NCBI GenBank assembly: GCA_041640295.1
Contig: JBEQAR010000003.1
Location: 6,489 to 70,488, forward strand
Source: a bacterium
GTDB lineage: Bacteria; Patescibacteriota; Minisyncoccia; UBA6257; HR35
Length of the DNA: 64,000 nt
Reading direction: 5' to 3'
The position numbers and the translations under genes were made by a program. The notes beneath the pieces were generated by a model that was not told the DNA's origin, searched no databases, and saw only the letters and a list, made by a program, of their open reading frames with translations. Shown here piece after piece: positions 28,476 through 38,894 of this stretch (position 1 is its first letter; each line of letters opens with the position of its first letter).

Positions 28476-28967
28476 TTATTTTTTCTTTTTCCTTCCCCAC
28501 CAAGCAAAGTGGGCAAAAGCTTTATTAGCTTCAGCTTGTTTTTGTAATTCAATTTTCTTCTTAATTGCTTCTCCTTCATTATTATAAGCAGCAATCAATT
28601 CTTCAGCTAATTTAATATAAGTTGGTTTACCTTTTCTTTTTCTTGCTGCTTCAATAATCCATTTAACTGCTTTATAAAATGCTCTATCAGGATTTACTTG
28701 CCTAGGAACTAAATAACTTGCTCCAGCAATTTTCCTCGGCCAAACTTCGACAGCTGGTGCTACATTTTTGATTGCCTGCTGAAAAATTTTAAAACCATCT
28801 TGATTAGTTTTTTCCCGAATATAGTCTATAGCTGAATAAAAAATTTTTTGAGCTTTAGCTTTTTTACCATCTTTCATTAAATTATTAATAAATCTCGTTG
28901 CAGCAACGCTATTATAAACAGGATCGGCTTTCCACTTTCGTTTAATAATTATCTTACGTCTTGGCAT
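28476..28967 (-). CDS. rpsG: 30S ribosomal protein S7
   Basis: MPRR, DPVYNS, DGKK, AEANKAFAHF. Confidence 0.97.
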   Translation of the reverse strand: MPRRKIIIKRKWKADPVYNSVAATRFINNLMKDGKKAKAQKIFYSAIDYIREKTNQDGFKIFQQAIKNVAPAVEVWPRKIAGASYLVPRQVNPDRAFYKAVKWIIEAARKRKGKPTYIKLAEELIAAYNNEGEAIKKKIELQKQAEANKAFAHFAWWGRKKKK

Positions 28968-29377
28968 TATTTTTCTCTTTTAGCACCGTATAATGAGCGT
29001 CCTTGTCTTCTTCCTTCAACACCTGTAGCATCATAAACACCACGAACAATGTGGTATCTTACTCCAGGTAAATCTTTGACTCGACCACCTCTAACTAAAA
29101 CAATTGAGTGTTCTTGAAGATTATGACCAATACCTGGAATATAAGCAGTTACTTCTTTACCATTACTCAATCTTACTTTAGCTACTTTTCTTAAAGCAGA
29201 GTTAGGTTTTTTGGGTGTCATTGTATAGACTCTAATACACACACCTCGTTTAAATGGTGATGGATGATATTTTTCTTTTTTTTGAAGAGAATTAAAAATA
29301 TAAAGCAAGGCGGTTGCTCGCTTTTTAGCTATTCTTTTCTTTCTTCCTTTTCTTATTAATTGATTAATTGTTGGCAT
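28967..29377 (-). CDS. rpsL: 30S ribosomal protein S12
   Basis: [29 protein letters not shown]. Confidence 0.98.
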   Translation of the reverse strand: MPTINQLIRKGRKKRIAKKRATALLYIFNSLQKKEKYHPSPFKRGVCIRVYTMTPKKPNSALRKVAKVRLSNGKEVTAYIPGIGHNLQEHSIVLVRGGRVKDLPGVRYHIVRGVYDATGVEGRRQGRSLYGAKREK

Positions 29378-29602
29378 TATCTTGAAAAAAAATTAAATAA
29401 TATAAAATAATTTTCAAAAATTATCTAACTTAAAGAAAGAATATTTAAGATATAAATTATAAAACAAATTTTCAAAAAAATCAAACTAACACCGATCTTA
29501 AATTATACTTGGTATTTGCAATATTTTAGTAAATAAGTGAAATTTCCGAATTGAATTATAGCGCCTTCTTTTTTATTATCTTATCTTTGAATATTTTTCT
29601 TT

Positions 29603-30850
29603 CTACATATTTTTGAGGATATATTTAAAAGCACTTAAGCTGGTTGAAATAATAAGATAATTTTTGTACATAGTCCAGATTAATTTGTAATTATTATCAA
29701 AGTAAGCAATTTTATAGTCTATCCCTTCATATGTCTCAGTAATAGTAAAGTTTCTAATTAGATTACCTTTTGGTAAACCAACAAAAATAGTTTCTTGCAA
29801 ATCCTTAATTAAACTTTCTTTATCCCATAATCTCATAAAGGGAACAACTTGCAAATCATCTTTTATTCTAAAAATTAAAATAGGAAATTTTCGGGTATGA
29901 GTATAATAAAACAAAATTTGATAATCGCCTAAAGATTGGAGAAAACTATCAACATATTTTTTTTCAATAAACGAAGGACGCAAAAAATAATTTTTTATAA
30001 ATTCCGAACTAATAGATTGATTTTGATATAAAAACTTAATATCGTAAATCTCACTTGCTCTTTTTTGAATTTTTATTAATGATAACCAGGATTTTTGAAA
30101 ACCTTCATCATTTAATTCTTTAACCTCTAACTCTAGGGAAGGAAAGTTTAAATAAGATAATCCTAAATTTGAATATTGATTAGTAATTTCATTAATTTTT
30201 GTTTCTAAAAATTGATTTTTGGTTGGCGAAGGAGGTTCAGATGATAATTCGGGTAAAGATGAAGTAGTTGTAGTAGCTGATCTAGTAGGCGGAGTTGTTG
30301 GCTTAGATGAAGTGGCAATACTTGAAGTTGTTTGAGTTGGTTGGGATAAAACATTTTGATTAGGAGTGATAAAAAAAATCTGATCTTCGCTGGTGGTAGA
30401 GATATTAGTGGTTGGTGACGAGCTGGTAGAAATAATATTAGAAGCTAATTGATTAGCAGAAGTTGTTTGAAATGACTCAGATGAAGTTGGCTGACTAACT
30501 GTTGGCGTAGTAATTTCAGAAGGAATAATTTGTGGAGTTTGGGTATTAAAAAATATTTGAAAAATATCCTGTTGAGCTTCTTGAACTTGAGCAACTTGTT
30601 GTTTTTTATTATTCCTTAAAAATACAAAATAAATGGTTATTATAATAATTAAAATAATAATTAAAGAAATTATTCCGACAAGGAAAAACTTAGGGAATCT
30701 CTTCGAAGGAATTTGTTGTTGATAATTAAAGATATTGGTAGGTGGAGGTGGACTTTTTTCTGGTTTTTTCTTAATTTCTTCTTGAAAAGGAGGATGTTTC
30801 TTTTCTTCGGGTTGATCCTTAATTATTTTAAATCTCAGATCTTCATTCAT
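29603..30850 (-). CDS. Single-pass membrane protein with long Ser/Thr/Pro-rich stalk
   Basis: One TM helix, S/T/P-rich segment of about 110 aa, globular C-terminus. Confidence 0.65.
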   Translation of the reverse strand: MNEDLRFKIIKDQPEEKKHPPFQEEIKKKPEKSPPPPTNIFNYQQQIPSKRFPKFFLVGIISLIIILIIIITIYFVFLRNNKKQQVAQVQEAQQDIFQIFFNTQTPQIIPSEITTPTVSQPTSSESFQTTSANQLASNIISTSSSPTTNISTTSEDQIFFITPNQNVLSQPTQTTSSIATSSKPTTPPTRSATTTTSSLPELSSEPPSPTKNQFLETKINEITNQYSNLGLSYLNFPSLELEVKELNDEGFQKSWLSLIKIQKRASEIYDIKFLYQNQSISSEFIKNYFLRPSFIEKKYVDSFLQSLGDYQILFYYTHTRKFPILIFRIKDDLQVVPFMRLWDKESLIKDLQETIFVGLPKGNLIRNFTITETYEGIDYKIAYFDNNYKLIWTMYKNYLIISTSLSAFKYILKNM

Positions 30851-32900
30851 TTTTTAATGAAACATAAATCCTTCCCTGATCATTGATTTGTTTAATTCTT
30901 ACCAATAATGACTGGTTAAGATTAAGATTATTAATTTGATTTTGAGGAATTTCGGAAATATGAAGCAGGGCGGTTTTATTTAATCCTAAATCAAGAATAT
31001 AACCAAAATCTAAAATTTTTATTATCTTACCCTCTACGATTTCTCCTTCATTAATTTCGTTAATAGCTAACTTAACTAAACTAATGGTTTTTTCGATAGC
31101 TGATTGGGTTGGCGCAGTTAAATAAACAACACCATCTGGTTTAATATCGATTTTAGCATTAGTTAGAGCAATAATTTCATTAATAACCCTACCACCTGGA
31201 CCAATCAATAAACCAATTTTATTAGGATCAATCTGAATAATCGTTGATCTAGGAACTGTTTCTTTAAGTTCTTTTCTTGGTTTATCAATCAATTCATTCA
31301 TTTTTTCTAAAATAAATAATCTAGCCTTTTTTGCTCTGTCGAGAGTTTGGGAAATAATATCAATATTCAATCCATCTATTTTTACATCTAATTGAATAGC
31401 AGTAACTCCCTGATCGGTACCGGCTACTTTAAAATCCATTCCACCCCAAAAATCTTCTGGACCTTGAATATCTGTTAATAATTCATAATTATCATCATCT
31501 TGATAAACAATACCAATACTAATTCCAGCACATTTGTTTTTAATAGGCACACCAGCATCTAATAAAGCTAAGGTTGTAGCACAAACACTACCCATTGATG
31601 TTGAACCATTAGATGATAAAACTTCGGAAACTGCCCTAATAGTATAAGGAAAAACCAATTCGTTCGGAATAAGATTTTTTAATGATTTCTCAACTAAATT
31701 TCCGTGACCAATTTCTCTTCTTGATGGTGCTCTTATTGGTCCGATTTCACCAATTGAAAATGGAGGAAAATTATAATGATGCATAAATCTTTTAATACCC
31801 TCAAATTCTATCTCTCTTATCCAAAGCTCTTCAGATAAAGAACCTAAGGTTATTGTTGATAAAATATGAGTTAAACCTCTTTTAAATAAAGCTGAACCAT
31901 GAACCCGAGGTAAAATATTGATTCCTAACTCTAATTTTCTTATCTCATCTAATTTTCTTCCATCTGGTCTAATTTTATCTTTTAATACTTTAGTTTGAAA
32001 TGTCTTTTTAATTTGTTCAATAACTCCTCGATAAACATAATTAAAATTTTCTATCTTTTCTTTTTCTTCTTCTAAAATTAAGAAAATTTCATCCAATCTG
32101 CTGTTTTCTTGCTGACTAAAAAGAATTTCTTCAATATCAAGATTGTATTTTTCTAAAAATTTTTGACCATAACTTAAATAATCAACTTTTTCTAACTCAA
32201 TGCTTTGAATGGAATTTTTAAATTGGCTTAAAGTTTGTTTAAGGTAATTTTTAAGAGAATTTATTTTATCGATAGCTATTTTACAACTATCAATAATTTC
32301 TTTCTCTGGAATTTCTTGACCTTCAAATTCAATCATATTAATTTTATTTTCTATACCTGAAACAAAAATAGTATAATCACTAAAGTTTCTTTCGCTTTCT
32401 CTTGGATACAAAACAAGCTTACCATTAATTTTAGAAATTTTTACTGGTATAATTGGACCAAGCCATTGATAGCCTAATAAATCAAAAGCAATTGACGAAC
32501 CAAAAACAGCTAAAATATCAGGGTCAAAATCTGGATCTAAAGACAAGATGGTATTAACAATTTGAATTTCATAATTAAAATCTTTAAGAGCTGGCCTTAA
32601 GCTACGATCGATCAATCTAGCATTTAAAATAGCTGTTTCGGAGGGTTTACCTTCTCGTCTAATAAAACGACTGCCATAAATTTTACCAGCTGCATAGTAT
32701 TTTTCATCATAATCAACAGTAAGGGGAATAAAATCAATATCTTCTTTTTGTTTACCAATAACAATAGTAGTTAAAACAACGCTATCTAAACACTTAGATA
32801 ATAGAGAAATATTTGCCCTCTCGGCCCAATCATTGATTTCGAACTCTATTTTTGTTTTATTATCTCGATTAAGTTCTAATTCAAACTTTTTTAAATTCAT
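30843..32900 (-). CDS. pnp: Polyribonucleotide nucleotidyltransferase
   Basis: RLIDRSLRP, RREIGHG, SNGSTSM, MDFKVAGT, KH and S1 domains. Confidence 0.96.
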   Translation of the reverse strand: MNLKKFELELNRDNKTKIEFEINDWAERANISLLSKCLDSVVLTTIVIGKQKEDIDFIPLTVDYDEKYYAAGKIYGSRFIRREGKPSETAILNARLIDRSLRPALKDFNYEIQIVNTILSLDPDFDPDILAVFGSSIAFDLLGYQWLGPIIPVKISKINGKLVLYPRESERNFSDYTIFVSGIENKINMIEFEGQEIPEKEIIDSCKIAIDKINSLKNYLKQTLSQFKNSIQSIELEKVDYLSYGQKFLEKYNLDIEEILFSQQENSRLDEIFLILEEEKEKIENFNYVYRGVIEQIKKTFQTKVLKDKIRPDGRKLDEIRKLELGINILPRVHGSALFKRGLTHILSTITLGSLSEELWIREIEFEGIKRFMHHYNFPPFSIGEIGPIRAPSRREIGHGNLVEKSLKNLIPNELVFPYTIRAVSEVLSSNGSTSMGSVCATTLALLDAGVPIKNKCAGISIGIVYQDDDNYELLTDIQGPEDFWGGMDFKVAGTDQGVTAIQLDVKIDGLNIDIISQTLDRAKKARLFILEKMNELIDKPRKELKETVPRSTIIQIDPNKIGLLIGPGGRVINEIIALTNAKIDIKPDGVVYLTAPTQSAIEKTISLVKLAINEINEGEIVEGKIIKILDFGYILDLGLNKTALLHISEIPQNQINNLNLNQSLLVRIKQINDQGRIYVSLKNE

Positions 32901-33406
32901 TTTTTAATTAAAATAAAATTTTTAATCTCATCTAAATCATAAAAATAATCAGCTGCTTCTTTCAGTCGAGAAGAAGTATTTCTGGAAAAACCTGCTACCT
33001 CAACAATATTCCCTTGATTTTTTAAATAATCAACTAAAGGCAAAAAATCACCATCACCAGTAACTAATACTATTGCATCAACAAATTTTGACATTCTAAT
33101 CGCATCAACAGCTATTCCGACATCCCAATCAGCCTTTTTTTCTCCTCCAGGAAGATGAATCATTTCTTTAATCCTTAATTCAATTCCCTTTTTAGTTAAT
33201 GTTTCGAAAAATGATATTTCTTTAGAACTGAAATCAGATTTAATCACATAAGCAATTGCTCTAATTAAATTTCGTTCATGGGTTAATATTTTCACCAGAT
33301 TACTGAAGTCAACTTTTTTGCCATAAAAATTTTTGGCTGAATGATAAATATTTTGAGTATCAATAAAAATAGCTACCCTCTGGGCACTATAAAGGAAGGA
33401 GTTCAT
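32897..33406 (-). CDS. NYN domain (LabA/DUF88) protein
   Basis: [23 protein letters not shown]. Confidence 0.9.
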   Translation of the reverse strand: MNSFLYSAQRVAIFIDTQNIYHSAKNFYGKKVDFSNLVKILTHERNLIRAIAYVIKSDFSSKEISFFETLTKKGIELRIKEMIHLPGGEKKADWDVGIAVDAIRMSKFVDAIVLVTGDGDFLPLVDYLKNQGNIVEVAGFSRNTSSRLKEAADYFYDLDEIKNFILIKK

Positions 33407-33663
33407 ATTTTCAAATCTTTCTTTACTCTTTTATAGCTTTCAAATGAGGTTTTTTCTAAATATTTCAACAATTTTCTTCGGTGAACTACTTTTAAAATTA
33501 AACCTCGTTTAGAATTCACATCTTTAGGATTCTTTTTTAAATGTTCAGTTAAATTTAAAATTTCTGAAGTCAAAAGAGCTATTTGCACTTCTGGCGAACC
33601 AACATCTTTTTCGTGTCTTTGATGTTTTTTGATTATCTCTTGTTTTTGTTTTGTCCTCGCCAT
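33403..33663 (-). CDS. rpsO: 30S ribosomal protein S15
   Basis: [29 protein letters not shown]. Confidence 0.96.
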   Translation of the reverse strand: MARTKQKQEIIKKHQRHEKDVGSPEVQIALLTSEILNLTEHLKKNPKDVNSKRGLILKVVHRRKLLKYLEKTSFESYKRVKKDLKI

Positions 33664-33686
33664 ATTTTAATTTTAAAATATTATTT

Positions 33687-34583
33687 ATGAAAAAACAAGA
33701 AAGAAAAAATGAAGCTAATAAATATATTTTAAAATTCCTAAAATATTTAGATATTGTTAAAGGAAGATCGCATAAAACGATTAAAGAATATGAACGAAAA
33801 TTAATTAAATTTTTCAACTGGGCTAATTGGCTTAGTCCTCAAAAAATAAATAAAGAAATTATTTGGCAATTCAGGGTTTATCTGAATGATCAAAAATTAG
33901 ATAAAAAAACGCAAGCTTATTATTTAATAACATTAAGAAATTTCTTAAAATTTTTAAAAAACGAGGGGTTAGATGTTATTGATCCGCTCCTAATTGAACT
34001 TCCTAAAGTAAAAAGAAAAGAAATAGAAATTTTAAGTGAAAAGGAGTTAAATAAATTTTTAAATAGTATTAATTTAGATAACCAGAACTTGAAATCTTTG
34101 CGAGATAAAGCTATTTTAGAATGTCTATTTAGTACTGGTTTACGAGTTTCAGAATTATGTAATTTAAATAGAGATATTGATTTAGAAAAAAGAGAAATAG
34201 TTGTTAAGGGTAAGGGAGACCAAATAAGATTAGTTTTTTTATCTCAACGAGCAGTAGAAGCTTTGAAAAATTATCTTCAAAAAAGAAATGATAACTTCCC
34301 TGCTCTTTTTATTTCTTTAGCTAAAAATAGTTTTGGTAAAAGAATTACCCCGCGTTCAATTCAAAAAATTATTAAATATTATGCTCAAAAAACAGGTTTA
34401 ACTAAAAATGTTCATCCTCACTCTCTTCGTCACCAATTAGCTACAACCTTAATTGCTAAAGGAGTTGATATTAGATTAGTTCAAGAACTTTTAGGTCATA
34501 AAAGTATTTCAACAACTCAAATTTATACTCATATTACTAAACCGAAATTAAAGGAAATCTTTGAGAAATATATAGATAAATAA
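33687..34583 (+). CDS. XerC/XerD-family tyrosine recombinase
   Basis: RDKAILE, STGLRVSEL, KGKG, HPHSLRH, LLGH, TTQIY; likely start at 33687. Confidence 0.92.
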   Translation: MKKQERKNEANKYILKFLKYLDIVKGRSHKTIKEYERKLIKFFNWANWLSPQKINKEIIWQFRVYLNDQKLDKKTQAYYLITLRNFLKFLKNEGLDVIDPLLIELPKVKRKEIEILSEKELNKFLNSINLDNQNLKSLRDKAILECLFSTGLRVSELCNLNRDIDLEKREIVVKGKGDQIRLVFLSQRAVEALKNYLQKRNDNFPALFISLAKNSFGKRITPRSIQKIIKYYAQKTGLTKNVHPHSLRHQLATTLIAKGVDIRLVQELLGHKSISTTQIYTHITKPKLKEIFEKYIDK

Positions 34584-34640
34584 TCTTAGAAATACTCGGA
34601 ATTTTTTAATTCATCAAAAAAAATTGAAATTACCTAATTT

Positions 34641-35792
34641 TTATTTCGCTTGTTTAGTAGTTAAAATAAAGAGGGTGATAATGATCACAAATGCTGCGCC
34701 TAATCCCAACCAGGGAAGCCAAGGATAGCGTTCTATTATTCGACTCTCTTCAGCATCACAAGCATCACCAAGGCCATCTGAATCTGTGTCTAATTGGTTT
34801 TGATTAGGATAGTTAGGACAATTATCTTGAGAATTTATTATTCCATCCTGATCAAAATCATCACAAGCATCACCTCGATTATTATTATTAATATCTTTTT
34901 GATCTGGATTATAAATCGTTACACAATTATCATAAATATTTGGAATTTTATCATTATCGGTATCGGCAATAATGTATTTAGGATTATCTCGGGAAGAAAT
35001 TGTTCTTGAAATTATTAAAACCTCTTTCGCTGAAGCCAAATTACCGCTTTCTCCAGTAGGAATATTTACTGATCTATCTGGATTAAAATAAACTCGATAA
35101 GAATGATTGGGTTGAGCTAAAAATCTAACAGCTTGAATATTAACTTTGGTAGCATTATCTTGATTCAATTTTATTTCAGTAATCCGTAGGGGTTGACTAT
35201 AGTAAAAAGTAATTTGCCAATTATCAGAGGTAGTTTGAGGAAAACGAATTGTAAGACCAAGCATTTTTTGTTTAGCAACTACAATTCGACTTTGTCCATT
35301 TACTAAAGCACGAATTTCAATAGAATTTGGTAAAGCAACATTATTATCAAGAAGAATGGTTAACATTGAAGAAGTAATTGGCAATGAACTAGATAAAATA
35401 ATTTGTGCTTGACCTTCACCGTTTTCTGGTAAAAGGAATTCTGTATAAGTTTTTATATTTTTATCTATCATATTATTAACATCAGACACATTAGGTACTG
35501 TACTAACTGAAACAGGGGTCTCATTTATCAATATTTCTTGTTTAAAATAATACGGCACGAAAGAATTCGCCGTTTTATCTAAAACAGCAAATTGAGGAAG
35601 TTCAATAAAATCTTTTTCAAAAGGAACTTCAATAACGGTTGGAACTTTTATTGATAAACTATCTATATCTTTATAAAAACGAAAAGCGCTGATAATTGAA
35701 TCATAATCAATGTTTTGTGAACTAACAAAGGAAACTAAAAATAAAAGTAAAAATATGCTAGCGATTAAATTAAGGCTAAAATTTTTATTCAT
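34641..35792 (-). CDS. Secreted protein with thrombospondin type-3 repeats and C-terminal TM anchor
   Basis: DNC...NPDQKD...GDACDDFDQDG...DNCP...NQLDTDSDGLGDACD. Confidence 0.85.
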   Translation of the reverse strand: MNKNFSLNLIASIFLLLFLVSFVSSQNIDYDSIISAFRFYKDIDSLSIKVPTVIEVPFEKDFIELPQFAVLDKTANSFVPYYFKQEILINETPVSVSTVPNVSDVNNMIDKNIKTYTEFLLPENGEGQAQIILSSSLPITSSMLTILLDNNVALPNSIEIRALVNGQSRIVVAKQKMLGLTIRFPQTTSDNWQITFYYSQPLRITEIKLNQDNATKVNIQAVRFLAQPNHSYRVYFNPDRSVNIPTGESGNLASAKEVLIISRTISSRDNPKYIIADTDNDKIPNIYDNCVTIYNPDQKDINNNNRGDACDDFDQDGIINSQDNCPNYPNQNQLDTDSDGLGDACDAEESRIIERYPWLPWLGLGAAFVIIITLFILTTKQAK

Positions 35793-37713
35793 TATTCGAA
35801 CTATTTTCTAATATTAGTTTCTTCTTTGGTTTAATAAACACTGTGCTCATTAACAAAGCACCAATGAGAAAGAAAGTAATTATTCGAGCAGTAAGATTCA
35901 TATACCAAACATCAACAAAAAGTAATCTTAAAACAACAATTCCCACCAGTGCGCCACCATAACGTCTAAAACCATTTTGATTATTAGTAAAACCATAAAG
36001 ATAAGCAATAATACCTATTATCGTATAAATAGTAAGAGAAATAAGAACGGCAATATTGTCATCTCTCAATAAAGAATGTAGTGATAACCATAAAATACTA
36101 TAAAAATATATTGATCCCAATATTAATAATGATGAAGTAATGTGCCAAAAATAAGAGTCAGCAATTTGTAGTTTATTAAGATAGCGCCAGAACAGTAAAC
36201 CTAAACCAATAAGAGTTAAACCTAAAATAAGAAGAGTAAAAAAATCGTTGTGAAGTATTCCGCTTTCCCAATTAGAAGAATAAAAACTCTCAATAGATAA
36301 AAATATAGGTAATATTAAGAGCTGACTAATTCTTATAGAAATTTTTATATCTTGTAATAAAAGATAAGCAATAATTGGGATTATTCCAGTTTCAGCTATA
36401 TAAGCAATTGTCAAGGTTGGACCACTTAATTCAGAGGCTGTAGCTGCTAGTAGTAATCCTAAACCTACTCCACCATAAACATAAAATGGTTCTCTTCTTT
36501 TGGTAATTTTGAATATAATAAAGCCTCCAACAGTAAATACAACTATCCAAAAAGAAAGCGATAAACTTACCCATTCGTCTTTCACGGCTGATAATGTCCA
36601 AAAAAGCAAAAATAAACCATTACCTCCCGCTGTTATTAAATCGGCAACAATTTTTTTATTTTCTTTTAGCTTAAGGATCCCTGTAGTATTAGTTATAAAA
36701 AATAAAATAGCAAAAGCATAAGCAAATGGGAGTAATTTGGAAATATTTGATTCAAAAAAGTAAGGTAAGCTGTAAAGAAAAATAATAATCAAAGAAACAA
36801 AAGTAAGTTCTCTTTGTCCTGTTAAAAAAACAATCCAAATTGCTCCCAAAATAACAACAAATAAATAAGCGAAAAGGCTGGTACCAACTTGTTCGCCTCC
36901 TGGAGAATTGGTTAATAAAGGAGCAATACTTGCTAATATTAAACTGGAAATTGAAAGGGGGCGACTATTATACTGAACGCTAACAAAAGCAACAAATGCT
37001 GTGCTTAAAAACATAATCATCAGAGCTGAAATGGGATTGAAGAAATTATAAAATATTCGTGCTGCAAAAATTGTTAATAAGATTGTTGTTGAACCAAGAA
37101 CTAAAAAAACACTACCTTGAGTAAGATAATTTTTAATTCTCCAATGGCCAATTAACATAAACAAACAACCAAGAATAATTCCCAATGTAATACGTCCCGC
37201 TGGTCCAATCCAGTTATTAAGAAAAGCATAGGTGGTAAACCACCCCAAACCAATAAGTAATAACAAAGCACCAAGTTTAAGTAACCATTCTTCTTTTAAC
37301 CATTTAATAAAATTAGAAAATAACGATGGCGGTAAGCTTGGTTCTTCTGATATTTGAGTAAAGAGTATATTAAATATTTTTTCTATATCAGATTCTAATA
37401 AACCATTAGCTAAAAGCAGTTTCTTAATTTCTTCTCTATCAACACCTTGATTAATCTGTTGTTTAATATAATCAATTAATGGCTGAAAGTTTTCCAATTT
37501 CTGATCAATTTGGTTTTCTGGTTGGTAATTTAACTCTGATTCTGTTTGAATATTAATAGATTCCTCAAGATTATCCAATCTTTCTTCTAACCTTTTAATT
37601 CTAGCCCGAATATTTACTATAGAAACAATAATTGAAACTCCAATTAAAAATAAAAATAAGATTAAAAAATCCATAATGCTATTAAATAAGCTTAAATTAA
37701 AAAATTTTATCAC
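35785..37713 (-). CDS. DUF2339-like multi-pass membrane protein
   Basis: WLLKLGALLLLIGLGWF...WIGPAGR, C-terminal RIITFFLIG; many TM helices. Confidence 0.75.
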   Translation of the reverse strand: MIKFFNLSLFNSIMDFLILFLFLIGVSIIVSIVNIRARIKRLEERLDNLEESINIQTESELNYQPENQIDQKLENFQPLIDYIKQQINQGVDREEIKKLLLANGLLESDIEKIFNILFTQISEEPSLPPSLFSNFIKWLKEEWLLKLGALLLLIGLGWFTTYAFLNNWIGPAGRITLGIILGCLFMLIGHWRIKNYLTQGSVFLVLGSTTILLTIFAARIFYNFFNPISALMIMFLSTAFVAFVSVQYNSRPLSISSLILASIAPLLTNSPGGEQVGTSLFAYLFVVILGAIWIVFLTGQRELTFVSLIIIFLYSLPYFFESNISKLLPFAYAFAILFFITNTTGILKLKENKKIVADLITAGGNGLFLLFWTLSAVKDEWVSLSLSFWIVVFTVGGFIIFKITKRREPFYVYGGVGLGLLLAATASELSGPTLTIAYIAETGIIPIIAYLLLQDIKISIRISQLLILPIFLSIESFYSSNWESGILHNDFFTLLILGLTLIGLGLLFWRYLNKLQIADSYFWHITSSLLILGSIYFYSILWLSLHSLLRDDNIAVLISLTIYTIIGIIAYLYGFTNNQNGFRRYGGALVGIVVLRLLFVDVWYMNLTARIITFFLIGALLMSTVFIKPKKKLILENSSNNE

Positions 37714-37762
37714 TAATAATTAAAATTACTAACAAAAATGTGGAAAAAAGAAAAATTTTTAG

Positions 37763-37834
37763 TGGGCAATGCAGGAATCGAACCTGCAACCTCTTGCTTG
37801 TGATGCAAGCGCTCTACCATTGAGCTAATTGCCC
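37763..37834 (-). tRNA. tRNA-Val (CAC)
   Basis: GGGCAAT/ATTGCCC acceptor, CTTGC-ATCACAA-GCAAG, GCAGG-TTCGATT-CCTGC. Confidence 0.93.
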
Positions 37835-37863
37835 TTGATTTTTAAATTTATCTAAATTATAAT
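37835..37863 (+). promoter_or_regulatory. sigma70-type promoter of rplJ-rplL
   Basis: TTGATT, 17-bp spacer, TATAAT. Confidence 0.55.
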
Positions 37864-37870
37864 TATAAAT

Positions 37871-37924
37871 CTTAGTCTAAGAAGTGAGGTGTGTAAAATC
37901 CATAAATCCTCACCAGACCTAAAG
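37871..37924 (+). promoter_or_regulatory. L10 leader-like autoregulatory RNA
   Basis: GTCT/AGAC and GTGAGG/CCTCAC stems with AAGA and TAAA internal loops directly before rplJ. Confidence 0.6.
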
Positions 37925-38446
37925 ATGAAAAAAAGAGAAAAAAAACAAAAAATTATTGAAGAATTGAAAAATTTATTTTCTCAGTATGAAAATATTTTTT
38001 TTATTAGTTTAAAAAATTTAAAAGTTAATCATTTAAACAAATTAAAAAAGGAATTATCTTTATTAAATTCAAAATTAAAGGTGGCTAAAAAAACATTAAT
38101 AGAAATTGCTAATCAAAACATTGCTGAGATTTTAAAAAATCCAATTTTTAAAATACCTACTGGTATTATTTTTTCTAACCGAAATATTGATTTAGAAATT
38201 ATCAACCTACTCGATAAATATAAAAATGAATTGAAGTTGGAAATTATTGGTGGATATTTAAATAATAGCTTTTATAGTAGTGAACAAGTTTTACCTTTAG
38301 CAAAATTTAAAAATAAAGATCTTATTTATTACAATTTGGTTAGCAATCTTAAAAATAATTTAATCAAATTAGTTTTTACTTTGAAACATCCTTTAATTAA
38401 ATTTAATTCGGTCGTAAATAACATTAAACATAAAAATGCCAGATAA
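37925..38446 (+). CDS. rplJ: 50S ribosomal protein L10
   Basis: MKKREKKQKIIEEL, KVAKKTL, IIGG; upstream of rplL; start placed after the leader. Confidence 0.88.
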   Translation: MKKREKKQKIIEELKNLFSQYENIFFISLKNLKVNHLNKLKKELSLLNSKLKVAKKTLIEIANQNIAEILKNPIFKIPTGIIFSNRNIDLEIINLLDKYKNELKLEIIGGYLNNSFYSSEQVLPLAKFKNKDLIYYNLVSNLKNNLIKLVFTLKHPLIKFNSVVNNIKHKNAR

Positions 38447-38819
38447 AATAAAAGAAATTATCGAGAAAATTGAAAATCTAACTGTAATAGAATTAAATGA
38501 ATTAATAAAGCAATTGGAGGAAAAATTTGGTGTGGCTAATATGCCAATGTTTGTAGCTGGGGCTGGAACTGCACCAAGTCAAAGTCAAGAAACTGAAGCC
38601 AGTCCATCAAAAGTCAATGTTATTTTAACTGATGCTGGGGCGAATAAAATTCAAGTTATTAAAGCCTTAAGGGAAATCAATCCCCAATTAGGCTTAAAAG
38701 AGGCAAAAGAGTTTGTTGATAATCCTCCTCAAACTATTAAAGAAAATATCAGCCCCGAAGAAGCTAATAAAATAAAAGAAAAAATTGAATCTGCTGGTGG
38801 AAAGGTTGAAATAAAATAA
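38436..38819 (+). CDS. rplL: 50S ribosomal protein L7/L12
   Basis: LEEKFGV, KIQVIKALRE, LGLKEAKEFVD, AGGKVEIK. Confidence 0.97.
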   Translation: MPDKIKEIIEKIENLTVIELNELIKQLEEKFGVANMPMFVAGAGTAPSQSQETEASPSKVNVILTDAGANKIQVIKALREINPQLGLKEAKEFVDNPPQTIKENISPEEANKIKEKIESAGGKVEIK

Positions 38820-38894
38820 AAAATAATTTAAAATATTAAAATCGAATAAGAAATCAAATTTATGGTCGAATTAAATATTTAGTTATTATAAAAA

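Noticed and set aside
33687-34583. Tyrosine recombinase as a prophage or island integrase
   Set aside because: Xer-like size and motifs, housekeeping neighbours, and no att repeats or phage genes seen.
37889-37924. GTG-started extension of rplJ
   Set aside because: It overlaps the structured L10 leader; the ATG at 37925 fits L10 better.
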